Shown here in pieces: positions 1 to 14,300 of a DNA stretch of 64,000 nucleotides. Location: the NCBI GenBank assembly GCA_000934665.2, contig JYFJ02000843.1, positions 1 through 64,000 of the forward strand, written 5' to 3'. Position 1 is the stretch's first letter. Each line of letters begins with the position of its first letter. The notes under the pieces were generated by a model. That model saw only the letters and a list, made by a program, of their open reading frames with translations. It did not search any database and was not told where the DNA came from. The position numbers and the translations under genes are program-made. The stretch comes from Catajapyx aquilonaris. Lineage: Eukaryota.

Positions 1-531
1 CAGGCATGAAACCAGCCCTATACCTCTTACGTCGGCCATTGCTCTACTTCGCCGAGAGCCCGCCAGATGTCAGCCACTTCTGCTGGTCTTGCGAATACTG
101 TACAAAGCATTATTACGATGTGCCATATTCTGCAAGATCGTTTCCTACCTCATTTTTACAACATATAAAGAATATCTGTGTCTTAAGATAGCTTTTTCAT
201 GAACAACAAAATCTCTATAGTCTGCTGCACAAAGGAAATACGAGACACGTCACCTGAACAATATTTTTTTCCCCATTCCCCTGAAGCCAAGAAGATGTAA
301 TGAACCTTTTCCGGCAGTTTCCGCTTCATTACGCTGAAACAATTTTGGAAAACCGCAACCTTTTTAAACCCTAGCAGCTGGCCTGTAATAAATTACTGCT
401 CATGCCGCTCCGTACATAGCCACGGGCACTGCATTCTTCACAGAGAAAAATCTATTTTGACAAGATAACGTGAAACACACCTGAGAATATCTGCGTATTT
501 ACATTGCGCTATCTATTTTGAGCTTATCCAG

Positions 532-875
532 CAGTGTCGCTCCGTGTATGTCCAGGTCTTGCTATAGCTAGACCTATACACATTGAAGGTAGGCCTATAT
601 ATAATGACAAAGTGAGTCGCAATCCCCATTGGAATTGAGTGAGTGCAAGGAGAGAGTTGGGTGGAAACTTGTCTCCTCCGCCGAAAAGTGATCGGCAAAC
701 GAACCACTTCTTCTTTCGCTCAGGGAAGATGAGCTGTAAAGTGGTGCAAAGGCTGAAGAGAAAAGGACCAGACAAGAAGTTGTTGATAGTGCATGGAGGA
801 AAGCATACATCTCAGGATATGATGCTGTTGAGCAATTACCAGGAACACTCCTGCAGATGTGTCATTATATCGTAA
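532..875 (+). CDS. Possible last two coding exons of an unidentified upstream gene (532-588, 724-875)
   Basis: Splice sites ttatccag|532..588|gtaggc and ttcttctttcgctcag|724 join in phase to give ..VSLRVCPGLAIARPIHIEGKMSCKVVQRLKRKGPDKKLLIVHGGKHTSQDMMLLSNYQEHSCRCVIIS*. AATAAA follows at 911 and 985. I do not recognise the family. Confidence 0.3.
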
Positions 876-3400
876 AACAAACTATACATGAAATTTCATG
901 TTCTTTGACAAATAAAATTGGAGAATTATGGTTATTTAATGTACTGTACAAGCGACTAAAATATATTTACAAAATGTATTGTGCAATAAAATACACGGGT
1001 GCATTATGATAATAAGCGGAGCATTGTGCGGAATGATTTGATGCCCAACCCGAAGCTGCATCTGAATGATATTACTCTCTCAACAAAATGATTATGCAGC
1101 TGTATGATACGACTACTCCTCCGAACAAGTCTCCAAAACTCATTGACCCAAATGATGTGCACTTAGCGCCAACAATCCCGAAAATCCAAAGGGCTCAAAA
1201 CCGGGTATGATGTACTGCACTTTGCCCTAATTTCACCGTGCGCAATATCAACAACATGTGTTTTATCTGGCGTACTTCAGTGCAAGTCAGTTCAAGTAGC
1301 GTAATGATTTGCAACGACACGATCCCTGGAGCAGTGAGCCGGAATTCCCTCATTTCATGCCCTGAACTCCTCGGAAATTATACGAGGTAAAGTGACATCA
1401 GGGGCCTAGTGCTCAAACTTGTTATTCACTTTTCTCATCTGATAAGTGGAAAGTTCAGAAAGATATTATGCAAGTCACTTGAAATCGATCACACATACTT
1501 AGGTTAACAGGTGGAAGTACAGTATGATTTAAAATCCTATATTAAATTATATAGACCATATTAAATAATACAGAGCAAGATGGAATATTAGTTCAAAAAT
1601 TACTAGAGCACTGATGCTGGTTATGTGTGTAATACCGTATGTAAAAATCGTAGCATTAGAATCTGATTTTAAAGTGCTTCAAATCAAAGAGTGTGCTGAT
1701 TGCATTACCATCCATTTGCATCAGGGGTGTTGTCACACTTTGCAAACCGTTCCATGAGGTGAAAGGGCATCAAAAAGGTAGTTCAAAGTGGAAGCAGCAG
1801 ACTTTGATTGGTGGTCCATGTGAGTGGCAAAGTGTATAACCCAGTGTCCCGATCCGTAAAGGCATGAAACTGAGTAATTGCCTCATTAGGTGATTCCAGA
1901 TGGCGAGAGTAATTATTACAACATAGAAATTCAGTGCACGCACATTTCTAATCACATTTATGCTGCATATCGCACATCCCAAACAATTTTTTTTCAAATA
2001 TTCTGCAGTGCTTGCTAAATATATTTTCTATCAATAAACCAACGTGTGATTATTTCTTAACCATTTACTTCTGGGACTGCTGATCGCGAAATGGTAGAGA
2101 AAAATGGCCTCATTTCTTCCTCATAAGCAAACAGGGCGCAGGACTTGGGGGGGAAATCGTCTCCTTACAGAGAAACATTTCCGAAAGGGATCGATTCCGA
2201 CCGTTGTGTCCCTTTTCCCACACCGACTTCTCTTTTTCCCAGGATGCTGAAGCCTCAGCTCCTGGATTATCCTCGAAACGTGCAAGACTCGTTAAAGAGC
2301 ACAAAAGGAGGCAAAATGAAAAAACTTCACAGACACCTTGAGCTGAAGAAAAACAACCTGCATGCAAAGATGAGAACAACAACCCTGTTTAATAATACGT
2401 ACTAACCCTTGACAGCCTCAATATATTTTTAGTAATACACCCAATATAGCCACACGCAGATATGTACCTACAGTACTATCATAATTTAATTGCAGCGTTG
2501 TTGTAAGCGATGCACAAAACGGTGGCCTTGAATTGCGATAATTACACCCCGAGCTTAATTTCAGCCGATAGGCTAACACTATAAAGGAATCAGATCATAA
2601 TTATATGAAACGCTCCCCGCAACATACAACCCGTGACTAATGCGGGCGCACCGGATAAATTAGTTTTTAATCCCCGTAAACACACCTAATCACCTCTACT
2701 GAGCTGATCGGCTATATTCGCCAAACTAATAGTTTCGCGGCTGCATCATGCAAGAGCACCTTTTATAGTAAAGTAGGAGAGACATGTAAAATTAAATTTT
2801 AATATGAACTGCGCCGTAATAGGTGGAAGTGTCGCAGGCTGTACCCACGACACAGGACACGGAATAATGCACTGTGATTAATGTTAATTATACCTCAGCA
2901 GTAACTAGACAGTGGCGACAAAACACATTTCTCAGACGTTTGCCTGAATCATTATGAAACACCCTGTAGGGACTGTACCTGCGGTTTCGAAAGCCGAGCA
3001 TAATTATGCAAATATGTGTAGGCTAATTAATTTAATTACGGTTCTACATCACCTTATTGCCAAGTAGGCAGCAGGCTAAGTACTGCATGACCTGTGGTAG
3101 AAGGATCTTCGTGACCAAATGGTGATTACAGAGATTGCCCCTAAATTATACTGTACAACAGGCCGAATTCAGAGTAAGGTAACTGCGAAAATTGTGCGCA
3201 AGTTTGCAACTTATGGACGCTATTTTGGTAACGATGCCGATGCTTTTCGAGTTGATGAGACTAACCTTATAGGTTCAGCAGCTAGTTATAGACACGATCG
3301 TCCTGAAAATTATTGTAGACTATATTTAAGCTTGGGGTGATTATTAGAATATGGGTGTAATGACCATGGTGTAGTACAGTAGGATTACATCAATAGGGAT

Positions 3401-3413
3401 CCGCTAGGTGGCA
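3401..3413 (+). promoter_or_regulatory. CTCF-like motif upstream of the ZP gene
   Basis: CCGCTAGGTGGCA fits the CCRCYAGRKGGCR core. Motif match only. Confidence 0.3.
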
Positions 3414-4539
3414 AACGCAGCCTACGGATAAGCTGTTCTTGAGTGCAAATCATGTCAACAGATGACTCGACAGTCGGCTTTCGTGAAAATATCTATAAAG
3501 AAATTTGAACGATAGAAGAGACAAGTAACATGCAAGTAACATAAATGGCGCCCATAGTCAATAGTTTTCTATAGATGACAACAATCAGCCCATGTGAGGA
3601 GACTGGCATCCTTACAAAAATATGATGTTAAAAATAAGTAGAGCTTTAAACCCATCTCTGGTGAGCAAGCAGGTTAAAGTGCCACTCTCTAATAAGTGAC
3701 AACTGCAATCAAAATAATTATATCCTGCAGACCTATAAGTCATAGTCTGTGCGCATATATTTCAGTCTTGATATTCAGAATGATGAGTGCTTGATGCCTT
3801 TGAAGATTCCAAGAGACAGCGACACCAACACTCTTTTTTACTCGGTTAAGTCTGTTGTAACATATATTTTTAAAAATATGTACGTATACGTTTGTGCATT
3901 CTAAAATAAGTAACTTTGAAGCAACAGTCATTTTTGTGCATTGCTATTAATTCATATTTTTTTTATTGCCATGTCATGATTGGTCATGTTGCTTCTCCGG
4001 TTTCTGGAGTAAAGCTTATTCCTCCCATAAACTGTTGGTATATTTCGGCAGTACATACACCTTTTAAAGACACATGCCGAAACAGGTTACGAATATTTTT
4101 TTTGCCTCCTGGCCACTTGAAATTCGCATCGCCTCCGGTGTGTGCATGTTCCAAAGAACAACGAAGCGCCCCGAAGATGTTAGCCATCAGCATCAGGCTC
4201 CGTTGCGCCAATGGGCCCTTTGGGTGTAGGTGAGGCTCACCTTGGTTGGCCAGCTATGTGGAACTGGTCTCCAACCGAAAGGGCTTCAAGGGAGGGAGAG
4301 AAAGGGGTCTCTTTGGTAAGATCCTCCAACAGCAAGCCAGCCAACCGCCTTTTCTCCCACACCTATACTATCCTCTCTAAACCTTCCGTCTGCCGCTGCA
4401 GTACGGCGCTGGCGATCGGACTGGTCACAGCACGCTTGCTGGGCAGACATATTTGGGACACGGTGGTGATCGGTTACACACACATACTGGCTGGATTTTT
4501 AACATATTAGAAGTGGGTGTGCTGGGTGGTTTGGAGAGG

Positions 4540-5365
4540 ATGTCACTCCTGCCCAAGACAAGGCAAGTGGTTGAGACCACTGTCTTGAGGATATCGCTCA
4601 TCTTGTTCACAAGTCTGTTGCAGGTAAGGATTTCGTCATACAATATGAGTCAATTGACATAAAATTATCAAACAATATTGCAGAAAAATATTCACTGAAA
4701 TTTGTGACCGGTAAAGCGTCAACTGTTGTTTCCCTTTGGTGCCCCTCAACACATCAAGGTCAGCACGACAACAGTTGCGCAAATTTAGATTAAATACATT
4801 TTTTGCACGCGATTGCTTCTTATTTCTTCAATAATGACGCAGCTTTTTATTTCACTTTCCTGCAGAAAGGGGATGTGGCACAACAATCCCTGGTTCTGGG
4901 AAAGAGTCGCATTGTCGGTGCGTCAATAAGTGTGCTAGTTTTTCTTTCCCCCTTCTGGAATTTCTCCCAGTCGTTAAATCCTCTTGCTAAACATTTGCAA
5001 TCAGACATCGTGTTGTTGCAAGCTGTTCCAAAACCGCATGGGGGGTATTGTTATTCGCTTTAAAAAAAATCGCTAAAAAGGATGGGAAGTCTCGAGCGGT
5101 CGAAATGTTTTTGGCACACGTGATTGTCACCCATGGCGTGTTTGTTGTCTCTTTTTTTCCGGATTTGTTGCGTCACAGGACTTCACGCCCTCTTGATTTA
5201 CATTCCCTATGTAGAGTTTGAACACTTCCGCAAAAAAAAAAATTAAGTGCGATTCCATCTGCCTTACTTTTTGCAGGTCCATGCCCATGTTTGTGTTTGG
5301 ATTGCCACCCTTTTTGTCATCCGCATCTACCGGTTTAAAACATTCCCTAGTTTCGCTCAGTTTTT

Positions 5366-5398
<33 letters not shown>

Positions 5399-8300
5399 AT
5401 GCAAGTTCGTATTACCATTCTGGCAGAAAAAAAATTTACATTTTACAAGCGATAGCATTTGGAAGAACGGCGTGCGTGAACGCGATAATGGAACTGTCGT
5501 GAGAAGTGGGTGGATTATATGCAAATAAGTATTAGTCCGGGGTAAATATAGTGAGTGAGAGTCCCTTCTGGCTTCTATCTAATTCTAGGCTTTGAACGAC
5601 CCATATTTGGACTCGAAAAGAGAGCCGGCATAATTTATTTCTAAGTTCAATCAGATAATAATGTGTGTTCGCGAGTTAAATATCGCAATATTTTTGAGCA
5701 CTTTGTGTACTCTTAAAAAATTCGAGTGTTTTTCCATTCGATTTGAGTTAAAGATAATCTTTGCGGAGTGAAATTCGCTCAAAAAAGAGCATTTTGTGAA
5801 ATTGCTCCTTTTTTAAAAGTGTCACACGAAGATTTTTAGAGAGTGAGTCACAAATATCCGGATAAATCAGTAACTGACAGCATTTATCCGGATCAAATAA
5901 TAATCAAATAAGGCATTCCTTTGCTTCATATTTCTCAGAAAACTTTGGCAACTTTTTTTTTTATTTCTCGCAAAAGCGGAAGCCGACATTAGCAATCATC
6001 TGACCTTCCTAGAAGCAAAAATTTTTTTTCCTCAATTCCTCCCACCAACCTTCACTCTCCTTACTACAAACCACGTGCTCTCTCCTGGGAATCTCCAAAC
6101 ATATGATCTCAAAAATTACTAGTGATCCCAGCAGCCTCGCCAACATTAGCCCCTAAGCATGGCCTCCAAAATATTGCAAATTGCAAACAAAATTATAAAG
6201 GTCATCACGCAAAGCAAGCCGGGTTCAACAAGGTGTGCTGACCTGTTCCTATACACACTTTCACATCGTTTGCACATCGTTTGAGTCTCATTGCCACCAG
6301 ATTATTTCCCCTGTTAAACAGTGCATGTTAGCTGGACATTGGTTTATTCCAAGGGCGGACATGTATGTTATCAATGCATAGGCGAAATCCGCTTCATAAA
6401 AGCGAGGGGCTGATCACTTCGGGGCGAAATCCTTGTAAATACCATTTCCTAGATAGTGTGTATGATTAATAGTTGGCGAAGGCTGGCCCAATGAGGACTC
6501 ACACCTTATTATTATTATTAACAGGTTCCTATTCAAGCGTGTCGTGTGAGAATAAAGGGGACTGATTTTTTTTGCAATCAATTGATTTGATTTAGCGAAG
6601 AATTTGTCACTCTAATCTGGCAGCTGTTATCGCATTTATATGAAGGACTTTAGGCTTTTTCCTTGGTGCGTGTACAGTAGGCGTTGGGCGTAATTTGGAG
6701 GCCAAGATGCAGGTGTGTTAACACAAACACGCACGATGAATATCATCTCGGTAAGCTAATGAAAGAACCTGAATCATATTACTAGAAATTATATTATTTT
6801 AAAGAAAAAATTCGAGCCACTTCCGCGGCACAACAACCTGCACTGCAAATTTACATCGTACTAATTAATTAAGACTAACACGCTCGCAATTTGTTGCAAA
6901 TAATGCCTCCACTTGCTACTCTAAACGCCGCAATTTATTACAACAGATAAGGCGAAATAACAAAGGTCCCTGAGAAGTCTTGTCTATCAGGAAACCGAAA
7001 TGTCAGCCCCACCCCCTTTCGACTATTCATCACCCGCTTTGAAAAGACCTCGCCAACAACCGTGTGTATCATATGAAAGAGTCACCACATATCTGCATGT
7101 GCAACCCCCCTCTGCTGTTGGACTCCGTGACTGAATTCCAAGCAAATGGTCAGGACGACCGGTACTGTAAAAACATTCTGAATGAATGAATCTCAGCCCT
7201 AAACCTCTCCCAAGATAAAAATCCCTGTGGGCCAAGTCACGATTTTTTTTACATGCGACATCGGGTAGGAGGCTTTAAAAACTTCAAAAGGTGTGCAGCT
7301 GTTCCCACACATGCGGAATGCGAGTGCGTGACCTCTTCTAGAAAGAAAGAAAAAAAAAAAGATCGTGTGTTGGGCAACGACCACAGGATTCATGTCCCGC
7401 ATTTTCAAAGCTTCCGCCTGACAAATGACCCACTCTGAAAAACCCAGGGAGCTATCCCTATTCATAGAGTTTGCTTCATCTGCGAATAATTATGTCGAGT
7501 GACTTGTCATGACTATTTTAATTGGACATTGTCGTCACGCTGGCTGCTGGACATGTTGAGGATGAGACACTGACCACTCCATGGTCTATGTAGGTTAGGG
7601 TTTGCGCCTTTTTTTTGTAGTAAAAAAAAATTGCAACACGTATTACAACACGATGTAATCAGTTCCGTAATTGGAATCAGTGACTGCTTCTGGAGGCCCC
7701 TGGGGTGGGGCAGTGAACCGCTGATTTCGAGGGTGAAATTCAGGGAAACATTCCATGACCCTTCTTTTCTCTTTATCTTTACACTTCCATGGATTGCACG
7801 GGTGGTAAAAATAAATAAAAATGTGGAGACCCCCCTGCAAAAGGGAATGCCAATACACTCTGTTGCATCACGAAGGATATTGGCCCTGCGCCTCGGAAAC
7901 ACACAGACAGACAGACAGAGAAAAGAAAAGAAGAAGAGATCTTCATTAGGGCAGCCAAGCGGGATTAAGACAAGCGGTGAAATATGTTCCTCAGTGGTTT
8001 TCGTGATACTTTTTGCGCCAAAGACTCTGGGCACAAAGAGGCAAATGGCGTCTGAGTTGCTCGTAATGAACCTGGATTGAGACCACAGTGTGCGGGCTTG
8101 GAGATTTGTAAGATGAATTATAGATTAGGAGAAAATGCGCGCACTAATAGTACGCGGAGTAATTGACTTATGGAGGATTGATCGACAGGGTCATCGTTTT
8201 TCTATTGTTTGGCCAATGATGTATTGCTCATACGGTCGTGGAATGCGACAATCGAGTGGGTAGGCTACCAAGATGAGCAATCGGATGAACAATGAGTGGT

Positions 8301-11300
8301 TGCATCATATTACGGTATTTTCATGTCCGAATATGCCTTGCAAACCATCAGCACGGTAAGGAACTTCACGATTTTATTATTTGGCGAACCTAGCAATTTT
8401 TACGACACAAAACTAGTGAAAGTTTAATGCAATATTTGTTGTGTACTTGTTAGGAATGGCGAAGAAAAAAAAAATCGTATCATTTAAAAGAAATGTAGTT
8501 AAACCTCGAACTACCGATTTCCCGTATCCATCGTTTTTCAACGACAAAACCGATGAATCGAGGATCCATGGTGTTTGTCAACTTTGCACTGAAGTCGCAA
8601 TGTACGGGTATGTAAGTTACTGATTATTTACCCCCCAAGAAACCAGTTCAGATGTCGTGACTGTCGCTTCCTTTTTGAACTGATTGCTGGTGTAAACAAT
8701 CCATAACTTCCTTCCTTTTACACTTGGTCAGTGCACCACCTGGCCAGGTAATTACGTCAGCCGGCTCGTTTGAATTCACATTTTCCGGAAACGAGCTAGA
8801 AAAATGGCTCTTAAATCATTCCCTTTTTATCCGGCTGTACGATTACAAAATCAGACAAAAAAAATCGTCGAAGTGGGGGCATCCATTGGTGTGTGTCCAG
8901 CCATACCCGCGGCCACAAATCCTGGACTCAGGCCCAGAAACGGCCCAAGTTCAGCGCCTTTTCTAGGGAAAAAAGTCGGTGACCCATGATACACGCTTCC
9001 CCTCCCCCCAACACACCATCATACCCTCTCCAACACTCCTTTAACTCATCCTCTCTCTCCACGTGGAAAGATCTTTTTTTTCTTTTCTTTCTTTTTTCGG
9101 CGTGAAGGAACGATTCACACCGCCTTCGGTTTTTTTTCTTTCTTTCTTACTCTCCACCTGAAGTGTGTACTTGAAGAGCGAAACCAACCGACCCAACCAG
9201 ACGTGTTTGCCCATCCTCGACCCTATCAGGATGGTGACCAATTCAAAGTCCTTATTTGGGGGGGAAGCCTCGGCCCAGTGTCGATTTAATCAATGCCCAA
9301 TTGGTCGAGGCTGATTATGCCGCCTTTTGGATGCTGGAGGCGATCCTGGACCATGAAGATCCTTCTGATACACTACCAACAGTCATTGAGCTCCAGGGGG
9401 AAGGTTCGACACAAAAAAAATGTTAATTGACCTAATACACAGTGGTGTGATTGTTTATCCCAGCAAGACATTATCAAAACCAGGCAATGAATCCTTCATA
9501 AACCAGGAATTCAGATTTATAGTGAGTCTTTTTACAGCCAAGGTGCACAAGGTTCCATATATTGGAAATATTAATTAACTTTGGATTAATGCCTGTAAGC
9601 AAAAATTAACACACTTTTGACAACATTCATAATGACCTATACTCAAGTAGAAAAAAAAACAATTCCCAATTATTTTGCAGATATTGTTATCACAATTACA
9701 TGGTCACTGTGAGTCATCATTCTTCATATTTTGACATATGACGATTCTCAAAATATTGCAGAGCCCTCACCCTCTCTTAAATTTGGGAATTGGTCAGTGC
9801 ACCACCCACATAGAGAACCCACGCCCTTTTCTGATATGGCGATCTGTGAGAAGTAGCAAAAAAATGGGATGCTGAGTATATCCCCCCGAGTATGGCCAAG
9901 TACGTACTACACACAAGGGGTGTGGTAGCCCCCCCTCCAAATCAGGGGTGTCCTCTGGCTGCTTCTCTTGGCTGCTGCTGTTGCCAGGACGGGTTCGGGT
10001 CAATGTATTACGCCCACCTCCAGCACGTGAGATCCACCACCACCTCCCATCCACTCTCTCTGCTCAGTTCTTTTCTTCTCTTTTTGTCCTTGCCACTCCT
10101 TGCGGCCAAGATTATGACCTTTAGAGGAGGGGTCAATGACAAGTTTTAACTTTTCACCCCCGCCTTGTGCATGCATGTTGCTGCCGGCAACTTACATGGC
10201 GAAACTCCTGCTGTCATTTGTCTCCTTCCTCCTCAAGGTATTAAAGCACATGTCAAACCGAATGTTCTGGGTTCTGAAACGGATTAAGAATGTGAAGACG
10301 TAACCATCTCGATAAGTTATGGCCATATAAAGTTAAAGTTCAGGAGTATGAACCGAAATTTTTGTTATGTGTGTGTGACCGTTATACAGATCAGTTCGAC
10401 ACATGAAATACTTTCTTAAAAACTGGTTGTAATAATTTCCCAGAAAGTGATCTGAATCATGCAGAGTATGTACTAAACCAAATATCAATAATTTTAATGT
10501 ATTTTTCCCTATATCATGCCAAACCTTCTGTTATTGCACGAGTGGAAATGCACATTCAATTGTAAAAATAAAATACGCCCGAATAAATCAGAAGAATAAT
10601 ATTCAAATCGCGTGGTTCACGCTTACCTGGCTTTTTTTTTCTTTTCCTCTCGTGTCTAGCCACACTTTTTTAAAAGTTTTTTTTTACGAGCATTCTATAG
10701 TGAATTCCCAACGTATATTATGGGAAGTATTCTGACACTCGCATGCATAACATGGGCCAAAAAGTGTCAGTTCCGCGTTTACTCGTGTATTTTCACACCA
10801 CAACTCAACCCGGCTCTCAGAAACTAGGCGGTGATATGCAAAATTGCAATTAGGGCGTGAGATATCACTATCAAAAAAAAAAAGTGGGTAGAGCATCACT
10901 GGGATTTGACGATTGAAGGATACCAGCTTTTTAAACCCCCACCTGCTGAGACTGCTTCATCAGGTAGTTCCGCCAGGTCAGGTTAGGCAAAGGTAAATCT
11001 TCCTTCAAGGATCAAAACCCACACAGTGTGTGAGACGCTCCAACAAAAGGGGGCGGGAGTGCTGAATGTCTTGCATTTCCATATCAGTACGTAAAATGTG
11101 GCCGACAAAGGGAACGATGTCTTTTGAAAAAGAAAAAAAATAGTCCAGACGAAGGCTAAACCTCTTTATTAAATTTTTAAAAAATGTACTACCTATAGAG
11201 GCGTGTGCGTGTGTCTCCTTCAAGGTTCATTGATGATCATAATACCGGATTATTAAGCCGTAAATTATGAATCACAACTTATTCTTGTAGCATACAGTAG

Positions 11301-14300
11301 TAATGTGACTTACATAAATATTCTTGAGATGAATTCGCGCCAAAGTGCAATCCACTGACAGATAAGTGCACAACACGATTTACAAACACCCGCCAAACCG
11401 TCAGTGACATGTTAATATACCTAAAATAACACCCTGTTCCAAAAAGGCACCACCAATTTTCCTCCATAAACCCGACCAGCAATTGAGACTCACACGATGG
11501 CCATCGGTCGAAGGAACCACCGAAAATTAAGATTACGTAATGAATCTTTCTCCAGACTTTTCCCCCCCAGGCATACATTACACCTTCACAACACCCATTA
11601 CATGCTGGAGAAACACACACAAAAAAATGGATGGCCACAGGTCATATGTAGGTCTAGCGTCTCCTTCAGTCGAAAGAGAAAGTGTTTTTTTTTCCTTCTT
11701 CGTCTTCTTAGTTTTTTGTTAGTCGTCTCTTTTCACTCACACCGTGGGCTGCAGCTAGCATGCATCGAAGAAATAACCAGTTTTCTTTTTACCCTTGAGG
11801 GACAGTGCAGAGAAGTGCCAAAAGGTGCCCAGCCCATGGACTGCTCGAGTGCAATGTTCTCATTTGGTGCAGGAGAGAAAACATATCTCAGACGGCGCTA
11901 GAATAATGGTAACACCAACGCACGGTCAAGGGCTAAGTACCCACCGAAGAAGAAGAAAAAAAAATCGCACAAAAATGAAGGAGCCTGTAAGAAATTCCCT
12001 GATCTACTTTCCACGCCATTCAGCATATTTTCCAAGCCTCCAGCTAATAATAAAATCTTTAAAAAAAACTGAGAGCTAAGAAATAAAAAGTGCCCTTTCC
12101 CATTGTAACACTTGGCCAACGATTTTGGGAAACAAAAAGATTTCACATTAGCATTTATGTGTTTGTACAGCTGGAATCGTTGCTTAATCTGCTTACGGTT
12201 GCACATCACGTAATATAAGATGCTACCTGCCTATCTGAATAACAATAAGGAAAAGTGACTGTCAATTTCCTAAGTGCTCAGCCGTTTGGTCTCAATCAGT
12301 GGCGACACATTGCATCGTCAAATCTGCGTGAAAAAGTCGCATAAGATTCAAGATCAAACTCCTGTGACGGGTCAGGTCACCCTTGACCAAGCCGCACTTC
12401 AGGCGCCAAATTGACACGCAAAACTGATCCAAAGACTGATGACCCCATTGTTGGGGTCGGCTGCCAACACAACAATCGACTTTTAACAGCCTACAATTTG
12501 ACACCAAAAATATCATTTTTTTAAAAAAAAAGAAAAGCATAAAAGTGTGCAATAATGGGCTATAAACTCGTGACATAAAGCGGACAACAGCGAATCTCTG
12601 GAATTTCTCCGCATCGAAAGTCACGGTTGTTGGTACAAAACTTCTCATTAAAAACCTTCCACATGTGTATGTAAACGTGACTGTGGGCATGAAAATAGTG
12701 CGGTTTTATTTTGAGGAGAGGGGAAAGCCGAGTTCAAAAAAATATATAATGAATTCAGTCCAAATTATGAGGCGAAAGTGTGATTCTTCATGACAATCGT
12801 GGGTTGTCAAAAAAAAAAAGAGATATGAATTATTTTTAAAAGGCTAGTTTCAGGGTTACCACCAGCAGCATTCGGTCGACCGCGAAAAGTGACATTGCAA
12901 TCTACTTTCTATATCCAATGCGTATGACCACATGCAACTAAGTGCGAGTGTCAACCTGTATTTTTAGATCAAGCCGGAACTTGGACCAGTTTCACTCCGG
13001 TGCAACAATGCAAATTGTTGGTATTGACAGGTGAAAGTGGCGTGAAACTTGGAGAAAAAAGTTTGTCTCACGTTCGGTTTTTTTCTTTTTTAAAAGAGTG
13101 TTGTCAATTTAGTGCGAAAGTGTTATAGTATACTTGACCTACTGAGCCGTAACGCGAGCCAAAATCTAGTTTAGGTTTCGCGAATATTTTTGCGGATTTT
13201 TTGGGCAACCTCTGACTCTACCGGTCATCTCCGGTCACATGTGATTCTACCCTTTTTCCCATGCGTGACCCATATAACTATTCAGGTGTAACTGCGGACA
13301 TGCTTTTCAATCCATAACTCCAGCAAACTCCAGCTGGTTGCTAGAGTAAACAATTTGGACTTTTGAACTGTGCTGTTAACCAGGATAAACATTCGTCTTG
13401 TTCTTGCAAATGCAATCGTGCAGCAAAATGAGGGCTGATGGGGGTCAAATAATTGTTGTCTACACAAAAATCTAAGTGTGATGCAACTTCCTCTGCAGGT
13501 TATGTCGTAACGGTTTTAATTACAGGGTCAGGTAACAATTTTAACCGGATGTTGCTGTAGAGAATCCCAGGCATGAATGTTGCTGCTAGATATATATATA
13601 TTTTTAAAGCCAATATAATATTGTGCGTGCGTAAGCTGCAGTTTTAAATGTGCTATAGTTTTACAGTGGCTCATATTAGACTTTCACATCGATATCCGGA
13701 TATCGCACACTTCAGACACAACAATAGCACGAGATCATGAAATACTGTGAGAAAGTCCTTGACACGAGTTGTTACGGAATATCTATATAAGAAACATTCT
13801 ATACCATTATGTACCTGTTCTGTATACCTGTATCATTAATTAGGTTTATAGTCAAGAGGGAGTATATCTCAATGGCATCACTGCAATTTGGACGCCATTT
13901 TCCAGAAGAAAGGCCAGGTTTTGTAACAGTTCTCGTTGTATATACTGCAGATATTGTTGCCATCATTATAAAGGTCATAAAAAGTACAGCCAAATTTCGT
14001 ATATCTTCACACGGAGGTGATAATTAACTTGTGCAATACATGTATAATAAGAGTTAAAAATATTGTTAAAATTATTTCCGTTAATTAATCAAATTGTCAG
14101 GAGTTGCCATTCCGCCCAGAATTTTCGAAGAAACGGATCGTTGAGACTTGACCACTTTTGGCGTGCGGATCTTGATTGCAAGGTGTGCAGTAGAGGTGAC
14201 TCATTCCTCAAACGATGACTACCAAGAACAATCTTGTGGCTTCACCCTAGTTGCGCAACTCAAGCAAACTTTTCGCAACCCTACAATAGCACTTGTCAGA

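Noticed and set aside
8349..8370. Partial resemblance to miR-276 sequence (agcacggta..ggaacttca)
   Set aside because: Only short matches, with no precursor hairpin visible.
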